Shown in pieces: positions 40,757 through 54,410 of a stretch of DNA of 64,000 bases. Source of the stretch: Octopus sinensis (Eukaryota). How positions within the stretch are numbered: the first letter of the stretch is position 1; each line of letters starts with the position of its first letter. Position numbers and translations under genes: made by a program. The stretch covers positions 18,166,001 to 18,230,000 of the forward strand of contig NC_043007.1 in the NCBI RefSeq assembly GCF_006345805.1, read 5' to 3'. The notes under the pieces were generated by a model that saw only the letters and a list, made by a program, of their open reading frames with translations, was not told where the DNA came from and made no database searches.

Positions 40757-41063
40757 AGGCACATAGCTTAGTGGTTCGGGGTATTCAGCTTATGGTTGTT
40801 AGGTCTTTAGTTTGATTCTTGGTTGTTCATTTTGTCCTTGAGCAAGACATTTTATTTTACATTGTTCCAGATCATTCAGCTCACAAAAACGAGTTGTACA
40901 TGTAATACAAAGGGCCAGCCTTGTCACATTCTGAATCTCCCTGAGAACTGTATTAATGGTAAGTATGTCTGTGGAGTACTCAGCCACTTGCATGTTAATT
41001 TCATGAGAAGACAGTTCTCTTGATCAGATCAACTGGGACCTTCATCGCAACTGACAGAGTGCC
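40757..41063 (+). mobile_element. Diverged SINE family C
   Basis: Degenerate tRNA head, tgtccttgagcaagacattt domain, tail shared with 18760-18936. Confidence 0.7.
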
Positions 41064-41473
41064 ATTTACTAACAAATATATTTACCTACATCTTAATTTT
41101 TTAATTACCTCAAACTGTTGTCTAGCTCATTACCATAAAAAACACTTTAACCTAATTAAATAATTCTATGAGAATGTATGAATTTGTGAATCAAAGTAAA
41201 AGTAAGAAAATCTGTGAAAGATAAAATTTCCATGAATCCTGCTAGCTGGTAGTATTAAGGTCGTTAGAAAGGCAGTAAACTGGCAGAATTCTTAGAATGC
41301 CAGACAAAATGCCCACTGGCATTTTATCTGACTTTACATTCTGAGATGAAATTCTATTGAGGCCAACTTTGTCTTTCATCCTTTTGGGGTTGATAAATTA
41401 AGTACCTGCCAAGTACAGAAGTCAATGAGATTGACTATCCTCATCCTCCAAAATTACAGGCCTTATGCCTATA

Positions 41474-41508
<35 letters not shown>

Positions 41509-41509
<1 letters not shown>

Positions 41510-41883
41510 TAGCAGTATCGCCCGGCGTTGCTCAGGTTTGTAAGGGAAATAACTATAAAGCATTTTTAGAGAGTTATAGCCAAAAAATAGCAAAAAAATG
41601 GAAAAAACGATGGTAATTTTTTTTTTGACATTTAAAAAAGGTAGAGTTGCGTCCCCTAGACTGTTTGTGGTTCGTATTCCTGATTCTCAACCCCATGTCG
41701 AATTTATCGATTTTTTTCAGAACTGGGGGAACTTTTCAAAATTTTCGCTGCGTTAGTTTTGAATTATGACATTGGGCTATGTGTGTGTCAAGTTTCATCA
41801 GAATCGGTTGAAAGCCGTGGTCAGGGTGAGGGTACAAGCAAACAGACACACAGAAACACGCACAGACAAACTGCCGTTTATAT

Positions 41884-41888
<5 letters not shown>
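41509..41888 (-). mobile_element. Non-autonomous Helitron-type element
   Basis: On the minus strand: 5' TC, GTCT-like microsatellite, subterminal GC hairpin, CTAG 3' end. Confidence 0.75.
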
Positions 41889-41923
<35 letters not shown>

Positions 41924-41926
<3 letters not shown>

Positions 41927-42500
41927 CGCAGGAGTCGCTGTGTGGTAAGTAGCTTGCTTACCAACCTCGTGGTTCAGGGTTCAGTCCCACTGCATGGCAC
42001 CTTGGGCAAGTGTCTTCTACTATAACCTCGGGCCAACCAAAGCCTTGTGAGTGGATTTGGTTGATGGAAACTGAAAGAAGCCTGTCGTATATATGTATAT
42101 GTATAGGCGCAGGAGTGGCTGTGTGGTAAGTAGCTTGCTTACCAACCTCGTGGTTCAGGGTTCAGTCCCACTGCATGGCACCTTGAGCAAGTGTCTTCTA
42201 CTATAACCTCGGGCCGACCAAAGCCTTGTGAGTGGATTTGGTAGACGGAAACTGAAAGAAGCCTGTCGTATATATGTATATGTATACATATGTGTGTGTG
42301 TATATGTTTGTGTGTCTGTGTTTGTCCCCTCAACATCGCTGGTGTGTTTACATCTCCGTAGCTTAGTGGTTCGGCAAAAGAGACCCGCTAGAATAAGTAC
42401 TAGGCTTACAAAGAATAAGTCCTGGGGTCGATTTGCTCGACTAAAGGCAGTACTCCAGCATGGCCACAGTCAAATGACTGAAACAAGTAAAAGAGTAAAA
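41924..42500 (+). mobile_element. SINE family A with tandemly duplicated 5' half
   Basis: Heads at 41924 and 42106 share the private variant accaacctcgtggttcagggttc, implying local duplication. Confidence 0.9.
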
Positions 42501-43424
42501 GATATATATATATTTATATACATATATATAATAATATAAATAATATATATATGCATTTATACATATGTATACATACATACTTACATGTATACGTATATAC
42601 ATATGCATATGTGTGCACAGGATGTCACAAAACAACAAAAAATAATACAAAGTTCAAGGACATGGAATATTACCATTTTTGTGAACAATGAAAGAAACAC
42701 ACATCCTTTTCCAAGTAAGTTTTATCTTAATAATTCTGATGTGACTCTATTCTTCCTATTACCATTTTGTTTTTCTCTTTTCCTTTCTCTTTTGCTTTTA
42801 CCTCCTCTTCTCCCACTATTCTATCCTCTTACTCTTTCGTTTTCTCCCTTCCTTTCTCTTTTTCTTTTACTTCCTCTTTTCCCACTATTCTATCCTTTTA
42901 CTCTTTCGTTTTCTCTCTTCCTTTCTGTTATTCTTTTACCTCCCCTTCTCCATTTTTCTCTTTTTCTCTCTTATCCTATCTCCAAATCTTTTCCTCTCCC
43001 CTTCACAATTCTCTGTCTGTCACTCTCTCTCCCTCCCTCTTTCTTTTTCTTTTGCTCATGTGGCTCCCACGTGGCCATCAGCCATTTTTCTTTCTTCTAA
43101 CTTGTGTTTCATTCTTTCTTCTTGTTGCAGCTGCACAAGGAAGGCATATTCTTGTCTGTCTCCTGTCCAAATTTGTTTCTTTGCATTCGCCACCACAACC
43201 TTGTTTAAGCTTAGCAGCCCTTCCTCTTTGTTTTCACTGTCCTGTTTTTGTCACCAATTTTAACCCTCCACAAAATCCTAAATTTTATTTAATTTGCTTT
43301 GTAGGAGCAACTGTTTTATCAAAGGCACATCTTGTCATGAATTGCTCAAAATACAAATTAGAAAAACAGCCGACAACTGATGAAGGGTCGTTCTTTGTGT
43401 TGTTTGTCTTGTTTCCCTTTGCTC

Positions 43425-43872
43425 GAGTCTACTGTCAGCAATTAGAGTGTTTCAAGCAAGCTTTGAAAAAAAAAAAAGACCCGCTTTAGTGAATCGAAAA
43501 GGAATGATGTTTCATCAGGACAATGCACAACCCCACACTGCAAAGATCACATCACAGAAGATCGAAGAGCTTGGTTGGGAAAAATTCCTCATTCAGCTTA
43601 TTCTCTTGACTTTGCTCCTTCAGACTACCATTTGTTTCATAGTTTACAGAATCATTTGGGGACATAACTTTTGCAAACCAGGAGGAGGTTGAAACTGACA
43701 TGTCAGACTTCTTCGCTTTGAAACCAAAAGAGTTTTACATGGATGGAATTAAAAAGTTTGTTAATAGATGGAAGAAGTCATAGGTAATCAGGGAAAATAC
43801 ATTGATGACTAAATTTCAATTAAATATAACATTTGATCATTTGTTTTCGGACAGAACTTATGGGATGACCTG
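43425..43872 (+). mobile_element. mariner transposon 3' fragment
   Basis: YCQQL..KRPALVNRKGMMFHQDNAQPHTA..ELGWE..YSLDFAPSDYHLF..FYMDGIKK; 3' TIR cggacagaacttatgggatgacctg. Confidence 0.92.
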
Positions 43873-43914
43873 TTTTATATATATATATATGTAAAAAATA
43901 TTTATATATATATA

Positions 43915-44052
43915 TATACAAAATTTAGGGGACTCACCACTAAAAGCAGACAGCGTATATGTTAGATATAGACATCAAAATCGCGATTTTGACGTCTATA
44001 TCTAGCATATAGGCTGTCTTACTTTTAGTGGTCAGTCCCCTTAATTTTGTAT
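43915..44052. repeat. Spacer-less ~138-bp imperfect palindrome
   Basis: Centre aaaatcg|cgatttt at 43983/43984; arms pair for about 68 bp. Confidence 0.92.
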
Positions 44053-44164
44053 GTAAAAAAATTTTTAATCTTTGGATTTTAAAAAAAATATACTAGGCCA
44101 CTGGTTTTAATTGATTAATATCAATTTCTACCCTTATTTAATTTTAAATATATATATATATATA

Positions 44165-44571
44165 GCCAGTGCCACCCCGACTGGCCTCGTGCCAGTGGCA
44201 CGTAAAAAGCACCATCCGTTCATGGCCATTGCCAGCCTTACCTCGCCCCCGTGCCGGTGGCATGTAAAAAGCACCATCCGTTCGTGGCCGTTGCCAGCCT
44301 CGCCTGGCCCCCGTGCCGGTGGCACGTAAAAAGCACCATCCGATCATGGTCGTTTGCCAGACTCGTCTGGCACCTGTGCCGGTGGCATGTAAAAAGCACC
44401 CACTACACTCATGGAGTGGTTGGCGTTAGGAAGGGCATCCAGCTATAGAAACATTGCCAGATCAAACTGGGCCTGGTGCAGCCTTCTGGCTTCCCAGACC
44501 TCGGTCGAACCGTCCAACCCATGCTAGCATGGAAAGCGGATGCTAAACGATGATGATGATGATGATGATGA

Positions 44572-44575
<4 letters not shown>
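44165..44575 (+). mobile_element. Family D retroposon (probably RTE-derived 3' region) with 4 tandem ~60-bp modules and (GAT)n tail
   Basis: Modules gtgcNggtggcacgtaaaaagcacc + gccag..ctggc; common 3' end ggttggcgttaggaagggcatccagc...aaacgatgatg. Confidence 0.8.
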
Positions 44576-44606
<31 letters not shown>

Positions 44607-45401
44607 ATGGGCTTTCAGTTTCTGTCCCTTACAAGGTATTTAGGGATCTATCAACTTAGGGCCACATTAGAAACAAATTGCCCAACAAAGTACCATGCTA
44701 TAGGACTGAATCCAGAATCATGTGATTGGGAAGTAAGCTTCTGAATCACAGTCATACCTGAGAATTATATGGATGGAGCATGAGTAATTCTTCATTGATT
44801 GCAAGACTGTTGATGTATTGAGTCAAGAGAATGACACATGGAGACTTGATTCATCTTTTGTATTACTGAATATATAATTAGCTATTGATCCTTCAACACA
44901 AATCATATCAGGTGTTTTCGCATTGAGAGTGTTAACTGACTGGTTTTTCTAAACAAAAACTTTACATCCAGTTTGAAGTAACCAGTTAGTAAACCTTAGT
45001 CATTCAGAGGCAAATCAAATCCTGGGTTAGTTAACGTCGTTTTAAATATGACCATAGGTGACGGTGTTTAATACTAATGTCAAATATAGCATTTTTTATG
45101 TCCTGTAAATTATATGTAAAACCTGTTAGAAGTTTCCATCAAGTAGGGATATCGTACTTCTTGCAGGCATTTACCATTCTATATTTTATAAATTTTCATA
45201 TTTTATTTTGGTGTAAAAATTTATGTAACTTTGTCACATTGTTTCACTGTATTACATTTTCAAACTTCATTATTTCCAGGGCCCAATGAAAGTAAAAGTA
45301 TTTCTCTGTTTTCTTAGGGAAGGAAATCATTCAGTAAGAAGCTTTTTCTTTCTAGAAAATGACATGAAATAATGAAAATATTCAGTGTTTTCTCTCTTCT
45401 A

Positions 45402-45797
45402 CTAGCAGTATTGCCCGGCGTTGCTCGGGTTTGTTTCGACTCTCTAGAATTGGAATTTTTGAAAAGTAAATATTTTGCATTCTGTAGCTTGTTATTCTCT
45501 TTAAGTGAACATTTTTCTGGTTGAAATACACCGAAAAATGGTGACACAGCAGTCAAAAATTCGTAAAAAATAGGGATTTTCATAGAAAAAAGCACCTTTT
45601 TGATGTTAATAATTTTTGGTGTTAACATGGTCCGATTTGAATTTTTATCTTCTACGGAATAAAGAGCAAGCCTTCTTCTATCATATTTTCAATTTTGGTC
45701 AACTTGCGCCACAGGGTCCCGGAGGAGATAGTTGTAGTTGAAGGTTACCAAACCTGCCACACACAGACAACTTCAGCTTTATACATATATATAAAGA
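45402..45797 (-). mobile_element. Non-autonomous Helitron-type element
   Basis: Same 3' terminus as 41509 (cccgagcaacgccggg hairpin + CTAG) with a different interior. Confidence 0.75.
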
Positions 45798-45799
45798 TT

Positions 45800-46130
45800 T
45801 GCTTCAGTCATTGGATTGTGGTCAAACTAAGGCACCACCTTGAAGGGTTTAGTTAAACAAATCAATCCTAGTACTTATTTTTAAATCTGATATTTATTCT
45901 TTCAATCTCATTTGCTAAAGCTAAGATACGGGGATGCAAACAAACCAACACTGGTTGTCATTTGGGGGTGGAGGTGGTGGCAAATGCAAACACAAACACA
46001 CAGACACACTGACACACACACATACACTCACACACTGGCACACACACATATCCACACACACACACACACAATGGATTTCCATGTAGTTTCCATCTACCAA
46101 ATTCATTCTCAAGGCATTGGTTGGCTTGGA
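45800..46130 (-). mobile_element. Old SINE family A relative
   Basis: Diverged tail, (CA)n tract and partial head. Confidence 0.7.
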
Positions 46131-46834
46131 ACCACTTTTTACTCCTTTACGTGTTTCAGTCATTTGACTGCGGCCATGCTGGAGCACCATCTTTAGTCGA
46201 GCAAATTGTTTTGTTAAAAGAAACAAAAAAAAAATGGAAAAAAGAAAGGGAAAAAAGAAAGGTAAAAGTAAAAGTGTTTCGAAGAAAAAAGAGGAAAACA
46301 AAATGAAACAATTGACAAAATAGCACGATTGTAAAATAGTGTATATAAACGTTCAAATGGTACTGCATGAGGAGTGGGGCCCATGCAGCCATTTCATTTT
46401 TTTTTCCATTTTTTATATAACATTCATCCTCATTCGTTTTATGTTTAATGTCCCCAATGTGGTGTTGTGTCTGTCCTTGTAGTGTGCCCCACTGTGTTAG
46501 TGGCCATGGTGCCAAATAAAGAAAATGAGAGATGAGAAATCACAGCAAGTCAAAATGTGTCGTTCATGAGTTCGTGGAGTCACAGGAAATTGTCGAGATG
46601 TTGTTATAAGTTCATTGAGAGTTGTTTTGGATTGGTTACAGTTGTTGGCAGAGTATTTGGGAATACATCAAGTGGAGACAGTTGGTGTCTACCTTGTTCC
46701 ATGATTCTATATATCACACTGTATTAGTGCATGACACTAAGGTGCCATATAAAAGTTCCAAAGTCTAGCAGTTCAAGGAGTAACAGTTCACTTTCTCTAG
46801 AATCAAAACTCAATATTATCTGCATCAAAAGGGC

Positions 46835-47390
46835 ATTCACCAAATGCTTCAGAAAGCTTCTTGACATAAAATAGCAAGACAAAATCCCAGATGCTGAGGT
46901 ACTCACCCATGCAAGTTCACCCAACATTTACTCTATCCTTATGCAGTCACAGTTTCACAGGGAAGATCAAGTAGTCCATATGTCAGATCTCCAGTTCCTG
47001 AAGAAACTGTTATCTGATAAATTCCAACAAGGCAAATGCTTCCAGAGGGGCCAGATAAAACACTTCAAAACCTACAAAAACATTTTAAAATGCTTCTGTG
47101 AAGGCATACATTAGCAATGGGAGTGGAAAGCTCAGGACAAGGGCAAATGAAGATCAGCTGTCCACAAGGGGATGCTTGCCTGAAAAGCTAACAAGAGCAG
47201 CAGCTGAGCAATACAGGCAGGTCAGGAAAACCAGTGACATCAAATCTCCAACTACCACCACCGCTCCTTGTCCACACTGTAAGAGAACCTTCTGAGGGTG
47301 GCTTGACCTGATCTGTCACCAATGCACTCACCAAGCCCAATCCCAAAGCCAGTCCCAGGATGACTAGATGCTCTTTGTTGCTACAAGAAA
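46835..47390 (+). mobile_element. Decayed RTE LINE 3' fragment with C-terminal C2H2-like motif
   Basis: CFRKLLDIK*QDKIPDAEVLT..ILMQSQF..VVHMSD..QQGKCFQRGQIKHFK and PCPHCKRTF..LICHQCTH. Confidence 0.8.
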
Positions 47391-47748
47391 CAAATATCCT
47401 TTGAGAATAAAATAGCTGCAAATGCTAAACCACTTCTGCACATTTGCAGACATGCCCTTTAAACATTTATTTCAGCCTATGACATCATACCATGGCTGGA
47501 ATGAATTGTTATTTGGCACCCATGACTTCTACTATCCATTTGATTTATGCATTAAAAATTATGTAGGACATTCCAGTAGGTACTTATAAATAGCCTCTTC
47601 AGAGAGTGTCCAAGATGTAGCTTGGCATTACACTCTATAAAGGCATGAAAAAAATAAACCAATTTTCTCACTCTCACACACATACTCTTGGAGGCAGCAG
47701 AAACCATATGTTATGTAGACATACAGTCTCACCCTCCCTCCCTCTCTT

Positions 47749-47826
<78 letters not shown>

Positions 47827-48054
47827 AGGTGAATGAATTATCCTATGTTTACCGTTAACAAGGAAAATTCAACAAACAGTTACCAAGGTAGGAAAATTCA
47901 CACAAGTAACAAGGATGTAACGACCTATTCAAAGGTAGAAACTCCGGGTTAATGTGCAGTAATTTGTGTAGTATAAGTAAATAAAAGGAATTGAATGCAG
48001 ATGCTATTCAAATTCTTTTACTCTCGGCATATGTTTCGAAGACAACATTGGTTT

Positions 48055-48185
48055 TATTCCAAAGGAATAAACGGTGTAAAATGCACAAGCTCCCTTTTCA
48101 GTTTGTAAGATAGAAATTTAAATGTAATAAAATGTTTTAAAAGAAATTTAAAGTGCCTACATGATGACTTTTGGGCCACCCTGTA
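48055..48185 (+). mobile_element. Tc1/mariner-type terminal fragment
   Basis: Ends acttttgggccaccctg|TA. Confidence 0.5.
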
Positions 48186-48629
48186 TACACACACACACAC
48201 ACATATATAAATTATCACATTATCAGAAATAGAAGCACTCATACTCTGTGTACGCACATGAATGACAAATGTTTTCCTCTTTGATAAACATATGTTATTG
48301 TAACTGAGCTTCCCAATTAATCACCCATCTAATCTTCTGATGAATATTGATTAATTTTTATTAACGAGAATGAATTTTCTAATGTCTTAACATAGAGACC
48401 TTCATTTCAAACTGTTGTTTTTCACAACAATACACTTTTTGTTTGTCAAAGTAGGAAGAGATGTAACTGTGATCTTTGAGGACCTTCCAAACTGGTTTGA
48501 TTCATGTAGTTGGTGTTCAATTTGATTATTTATAGGTTAATATCTGTATGAAAGTTTGTGGGTGGAGAAGTATTTAATTTTTTAAAAGACACAAAGACTC
48601 ACACAAATACACACACACACACACACACG

Positions 48630-49013
48630 TATATATGTATGTTTGTGTATCTTTGTTTGTCCCCCCAACATCGCTTGACAACCGATACTGGTGTGTTTAT
48701 GTCCCCGTAACTTAGCAGTTCAGCAAAAGAGACCAATAGAATAAGTACTAGGCTTACAAAGAATAAGTTCTTGGGTCGATTTACTTGACTAAAGGCGGTG
48801 CTCCAGCATGGCTGCAGTCAAATGACTGAAACAAGCAAAAGAGTATATATACGAAGGGCTTCTTTCTGTTTCCGTCTGCTAAATCCACTCACAAGGCTTT
48901 GGTTGGTCCAAGGCTATAGTAGAAGACACTTGCTCAAGGTGCTACACAGTGGGACTTAACCCAGAACCATGTGGTTGGTAAGCAAGCTACTTACCACACA
49001 GCCACTCCTACGC
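48630..49013. mobile_element. SINE family A halves in opposite orientation (3' half on +, 5' half on -)
   Basis: + tail at 48630-48845 abuts - head at 48850-49013. Confidence 0.85.
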
Positions 49014-49433
49014 CCATGAGTTGTTATAGAGGTGGCAGAAAAAAAACTGACAGTAAAAAAAGAAACAGTGCATATATGGGCCTGTAGCTGTAGCATGTCG
49101 GGAGTAAGATGGTTGCCAATCAGCCAATCAAAAGGCTTGGTTTTTTGGGAAATGAAAACAATGGTGGGTCTGGATATTGACAATTGACGGCAAATTGTAG
49201 ATTTGATTTGCTAGGAGATTACACATTATTTTAAAACTCTCACTCCAGATAATCCCAGTATTGATTTCTCAAAGTATTCTTCCGATATTGATTTTTTTGA
49301 AGACATCTTCTATTTCTCTGATATTGATTTGCTCTAAGACACTCCCTCCGCAGAATATTTGTATTGATTTATTTTGAATAAGAACAAAATTGTGATTAAA
49401 CATCTAGTATTTTTGAGATTAGTTGCTGTTGTT

Positions 49434-49464
<31 letters not shown>

Positions 49465-49980
49465 TTTCGATCCGACTAAATTATGATCAAAGATACTCTA
49501 ACCACAGTCATATGTCATTTGTATATACATGTATATATAGGATTTGTATATACATGTATATATAGGATTACTTTGTTGTTCAATGAATCCCTCCATTTTC
49601 AAGATGATATTATATGATTTCTGTGAGGCTTAGCTGATATTTCTTGCAGACTGAGTGACTACATAAACTCAACATTGTGCTGCCATAACAACTTATAGCG
49701 CTGAAAGTACTAACAAACTCATCATTGATTTATCTATCCTTTATACTACATCCCAGTTTGTTCAGTTTTGATCCACATCAGATACTCTGCCTCTGCTTGT
49801 CTCTGGGTTATATATATATATATATATATCATGCTAGCATGGAAAACAGACGCTAAACGATGATGATGATATATATATACACATATATATAGTTAATCCA
49901 AACATGAAAACACAACAACGCGAGGACGTGAATCAAGTATAGTGTTATTGGACGCTCAGAAAAGGAAAGAAAGAAGGAGG

Positions 49981-50016
49981 ATTTAATGTTTCGAGCAGAG
50001 CTCTTCGTCAGAAACA
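49981..50016 (-). ncRNA. Minimal hammerhead ribozyme motif in a Penelope-type pLTR fragment (about 49880-50095)
   Basis: Minus strand: gttt-CTGACGA-a-gagc tct gctc-GAAA-cat-taaat. Confidence 0.65.
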
Positions 50017-50569
50017 TAGGAAAAGGAAAGATCCAAGGAAGGGAAGACGGAGGAAAAAAATCACTAATGATACACACATGGTCACATATTGAATGTATAT
50101 ATATATATATATATATATAAATTAAATTAGAGATAAAACCACTATTGGGCAAATCAAACAGTGAAAAACATAAACCAAAACATAAAAATAAAAATAATTA
50201 ATATAATTTACAAAATGTATAAAAAATATAGAATTTAAAATTTAAATTATTTAAATTTAAAATTATTAATTTATATTTATAAATTTTTATATTTTTAAAA
50301 TATTTTAAAATTTCAATTAATAAATTTTTAAATTTTTAAATATTTAAATATATATAACTATCAAAAAGTATTAAAAAGTTTAATATAAGATAATAAGTAA
50401 TATCACTGTTGATTCATCAGAAGTGATAAATTACAGGACTCAACACAAATACAGAGTATTCTTTAATACATTATAACTGATAGGTTTGGTTTACCAGCGG
50501 AGGATTTGAAATAACTAACTCTGAATACTGGAAATTGGGGCCTTTCCGTTATAATATATATATATATGT

Positions 50570-51415
50570 CGTTTGTTCCTTCTTAATTAATCTGCCCAAC
50601 CAAGTCCGATTTGGGCAGAATTAGTAAATATATTATTGATTGGATTATTCCCATCATTAGGGATGAGGTTCCGCTTCCCCTATGGAACTTTACTGGGGAC
50701 ATTATCTTATGGTTTGACTCTCTTACTGATAAGCCTAATTTATACTTTATCCAATTTGATATCTTAAATTATTACAATTCCTTATCCCCTATATCACTAA
50801 ATAAAGCTTTGATTTTCACTCAGAAATTTGTGAATATCCCTAGTTTGGATATTGATATAATTTTAGCAGCAAGAGTAACTCTCATCTCCTTCAAAGAGCA
50901 TAATTGGCAGAGGGCTGATTCCACTAATTCCTTTGGTATTACTATGAGGTCTTCAGATTCAGCACAAGTAACCGATTTAGTGGGCCTACACCTCCTTTTG
51001 CAGATTAGGGATAGTTTTCCCCTACTTACTAGGGGGTTATATAAGGATGATATACTTCTAACTGTATGTAGCCAGTCTAAAACTGCATTCAATAGATTGA
51101 AGAAATCTCTGAGAGGTTTCTTAGAGGATTTCTTTAATCTTAACATTATTTTTGATCTTCTTGGATGTTACTTTGAATTTGGATATGGGTTTATACTACC
51201 CATTTCATAAGCCAAACAAATCCATCTCATATATCAATGTCTCCTCCAATCATCCAAAATCTACTATTGATAGCATCGTTACTATCAGAATCTCTAATTT
51301 GTCAGCAAATGAAGAGATTTTAGATCAACATGCTCCAGTATATAACAACGCATTAAAGTTAAGTGGCTTCAAAACTAAAATCTCATATATACCTAACACG
51401 AGATTTAGGAACTAG
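50570..51415 (+). mobile_element. Penelope-like element RT fragment (Nematis-type, tentative), decayed
   Basis: LGRISKYIID..FIQFDILNYYNS..FGITMRSSDSAQVTDLVGL..GLYKDDIL..FLDVTLNL..YYPFHKPN..YINVSSNHP. Confidence 0.85.
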
Positions 51416-51683
51416 CTGGCTGGTCTACCATCTGACAACAATACTTCTTGTATTCTTTTATATTTTTTATATTATTTCTTATATTAGGTTTTATACTCTT
51501 TATTTTTTTTTTCTTTCTTTTATTTTTAACTTTCAATTTTTATTTGTATACTTGTAAGAATAAATCTTTATAAATGACAGAATTTCTCAAAAACAAAAAC
51601 TCTAAACTCATTAGAGTAACTGTAAACATTACCATTAAAATAAACATTATCCCCCAAAAGCCATCTCTACTCATTTTTTCATA

Positions 51684-51870
51684 TATCTCTTATATAAAAT
51701 CCATTTTGTCTGTCTGTGTGTGTGGCTTCTAGGATCTCGAGCATCCTCCATCCGATTGCGCTCAAATTTGATATGTAGATACCGAAGGTATCAGGGCATG
51801 TATAAGTCTTGAAAAAATTACAAAAATCAGTTCCAGGTGAGAATGCGATCGATAAAGCCGTAGGAAATCG
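51684..51870 (+). mobile_element. 5' part of a Helitron/DINE-like non-autonomous element
   Basis: atctcttatataaaa, (GTCT)n, ccgattgcgctcaaatttg block. Confidence 0.55.
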
Positions 51871-52206
51871 TTTTCCTTTGGAATAGAAAAAAAATCTATC
51901 TTTATTTCTTCTTTAGCTGGTGTCTCAAATTTAGGTTAAATCAGTGTTTCTCAAAGGGGAGGCCTATGGGACGTCGGACAAGTTGTTTTGAAAAAATTTG
52001 GTTTAAATGTTTGACAACTCAGCACTGTCCATTGGACGGGGGACGTTTTGCTTGTGTATATATATATGTCGTTGTGGGTGAGTGGTGAAGACATTGGACT
52101 AGAAATCTTTTGGGTCTCCCTGCATGCGTACAAATCTTATCGATGACTCTTTTTAACGGCGGTGCATCAGCATGGCTGCAGCTGAAACTATAAATATATA
52201 CTATAA

Positions 52207-52266
<60 letters not shown>

Positions 52267-53714
52267 TAAAGGGCTTCTGCAAAGTTTCCATCTACCAAAT
52301 TTAACCACAAGGTTTTGGTTGGCCTGGGACTATATTAGAAGTTCTATGCAGTGAGATTGAACCAGAAACCACGTGGCAGAACGTGAACTTCTTAACTATA
52401 CAGTCATTCCTGTTTAGAATGCTTAAACATGTTACAGTGCTTTTTGTACAGCAGTTACAATAAATCTGTCTACATATGCTTTTTTTCTCATACATAATAA
52501 TATTGGCTCCAAATTTTGGCACAAGGCACAGGAGTGGCTGTGTAGTAAGAAGCTTGCTTCCTTCTCAACCACATGGCACCTTGGGTAAGTGTCTTCTACT
52601 ATAGCCTTGCACTGACCAAAGCCTTATGAATGGAATTGGTAGGGTAACTCTCATCTCCTTCAACGAGCATAATTGGCAGAGGGCTGATTCCACTAATTCC
52701 TTTGGTATTACTATGAGGTCCTCAGATTCAGCACAAGTAACCGATTTAGTGGGCCTACACCTCATTTTGCAGATTAGGGATAACCAATGCTGGGAAACCA
52801 ATGTAATCGACTTAACTTCTCTCCTTAACTTGCTAAGCTTACTCTTTTTTATTTGTTTCAGTCATTTGACTGCAGCCATGCTGGAGCACCACCTTTAGTT
52901 GAACAAATCAACCTTAGGACTCAGCTACTTGCACGTTAATTTCATGAGCAAGCTGTTCCGTTGATCGTATCTGCTGGGACCCTCATCGTTGTAAAACACA
53001 TGTGCTCCTATCATTTAACACGTATGCTTTTATGTGACACTGTACAGGCACTCTTATGTAGCACTGCATGACCTCTTTTACATGGGACTGCATGATATTA
53101 ATGAAAAGTCAGTATGCATTATACAAGAGATATTTTTTTGCAAGATTTCAGTGTCTTTAACTACTGGTGTACATTATGAACAACTGCATATTTATACACT
53201 AATAAATATGGTAACTTGATCACTTTTCATGAAGTATCAGAAATAGTAATTCCTTTTAAGTACAAAGTCACAAATAATGTGCAAGTATTGTTGAATTCAT
53301 GAGTCACCTTGGTGTACAAGTGGTCTTAATTTTATCCAACAGTAAGAGATTAATGATGACATCAACTGTGGGGGAGTAATTAATTCAGAACATGAATTTT
53401 TCAAACTAATTCATTTTGGTATCATTACACTGTGTAACATGATATTTGTCCTCGGGTAGCAGCTGTTATTTCCTATTTAACTACACCTAAAAGCTATGAA
53501 ATATAGCTAATATTTACTTCAAACTTTTCTTTTGTTATATTTATTCAAACCCCAAAGAATCCCTCTCAACACATGGCTATAATGCTCCCCCACCACTTCT
53601 GCTCATCATCAGAGATGTACATATTGTCAGCCACTAAGGAACATGCTCAAGTGGTTAAAGTTAAGCAACAGACAAGCAAACCTGTGGCTTTGAGCAGAAT
53701 ATTTGCTTTAACAA

Positions 53715-54070
53715 TACAGGGTGTCTCAAAAGTCACTGATGGGTTTCAATTTTTAATAACTTCCTTAACCTTACAAATAAATGCATAAAATTTTGATGCA
53801 ATATAAAAGACAAAATGGAAATTAATAAGCATAAATCAAATTTTGCAACATCACTTCATCATATATGAAAAATGACATTGCTTAATGGTAGCCATTTTTG
53901 GCTTCACACATCTGTGCTTTTTCCAAAACTTGCACCATAACATCCTCAAGAGTTTCAGACCCCACTTCTTTGATTTCTCTATTGGTGTTCTCCTTCAGTT
54001 GCACCAGGGCCTCTGCTCTATTGACATAAACCCTCTCTTTCAGGTTACCCCACAAGAAAAAAATCCGGGC
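53715..54070 (-). mobile_element. Tc1/maT-like transposon 3' fragment
   Basis: FFLWGNLKERVYVN..LKENTNREI..QMCEAKNGYH; TIR TA|cagggtgtctcaaaagt. Confidence 0.8.
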
Positions 54071-54376
54071 TAGATTTTTTAACATTTTTCCTAAGATACT
54101 TTTGTTGATATATTTATTTTAATTAATGTTTAAAATAATGAAGAATTAACATGAAATTATGCTGAAAGGATTTTTTAAAATTTAGATAATTCTGAAACAT
54201 GAATATGTTTTTATCAGAGGCCCAGGGGCCATCTCAATCAGATTGGATCAGAAGTAGGTTTTCTATCATTTCTAACATTGAAGACATTGTGAATTATATC
54301 TTGCATAACTGATCCAGAAAGAGGAGGAAGGGAGAGAAAGAGAGGGGGGAGAGGGAGAGAGGGAGGGAGAGAGAGG

Positions 54377-54410
<34 letters not shown>

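Noticed and set aside
43375-43420. CTGATGA hammerhead-like box (also at 14252 and, on minus, about 50412-50418)
   Set aside because: No correctly placed GAAA box or closing helices.
42585-43489. 171-aa and 240-aa F/S/L-rich ORFs resembling membrane proteins
   Set aside because: CT-rich low-complexity DNA with a short tandem duplication; stops are depleted by composition.
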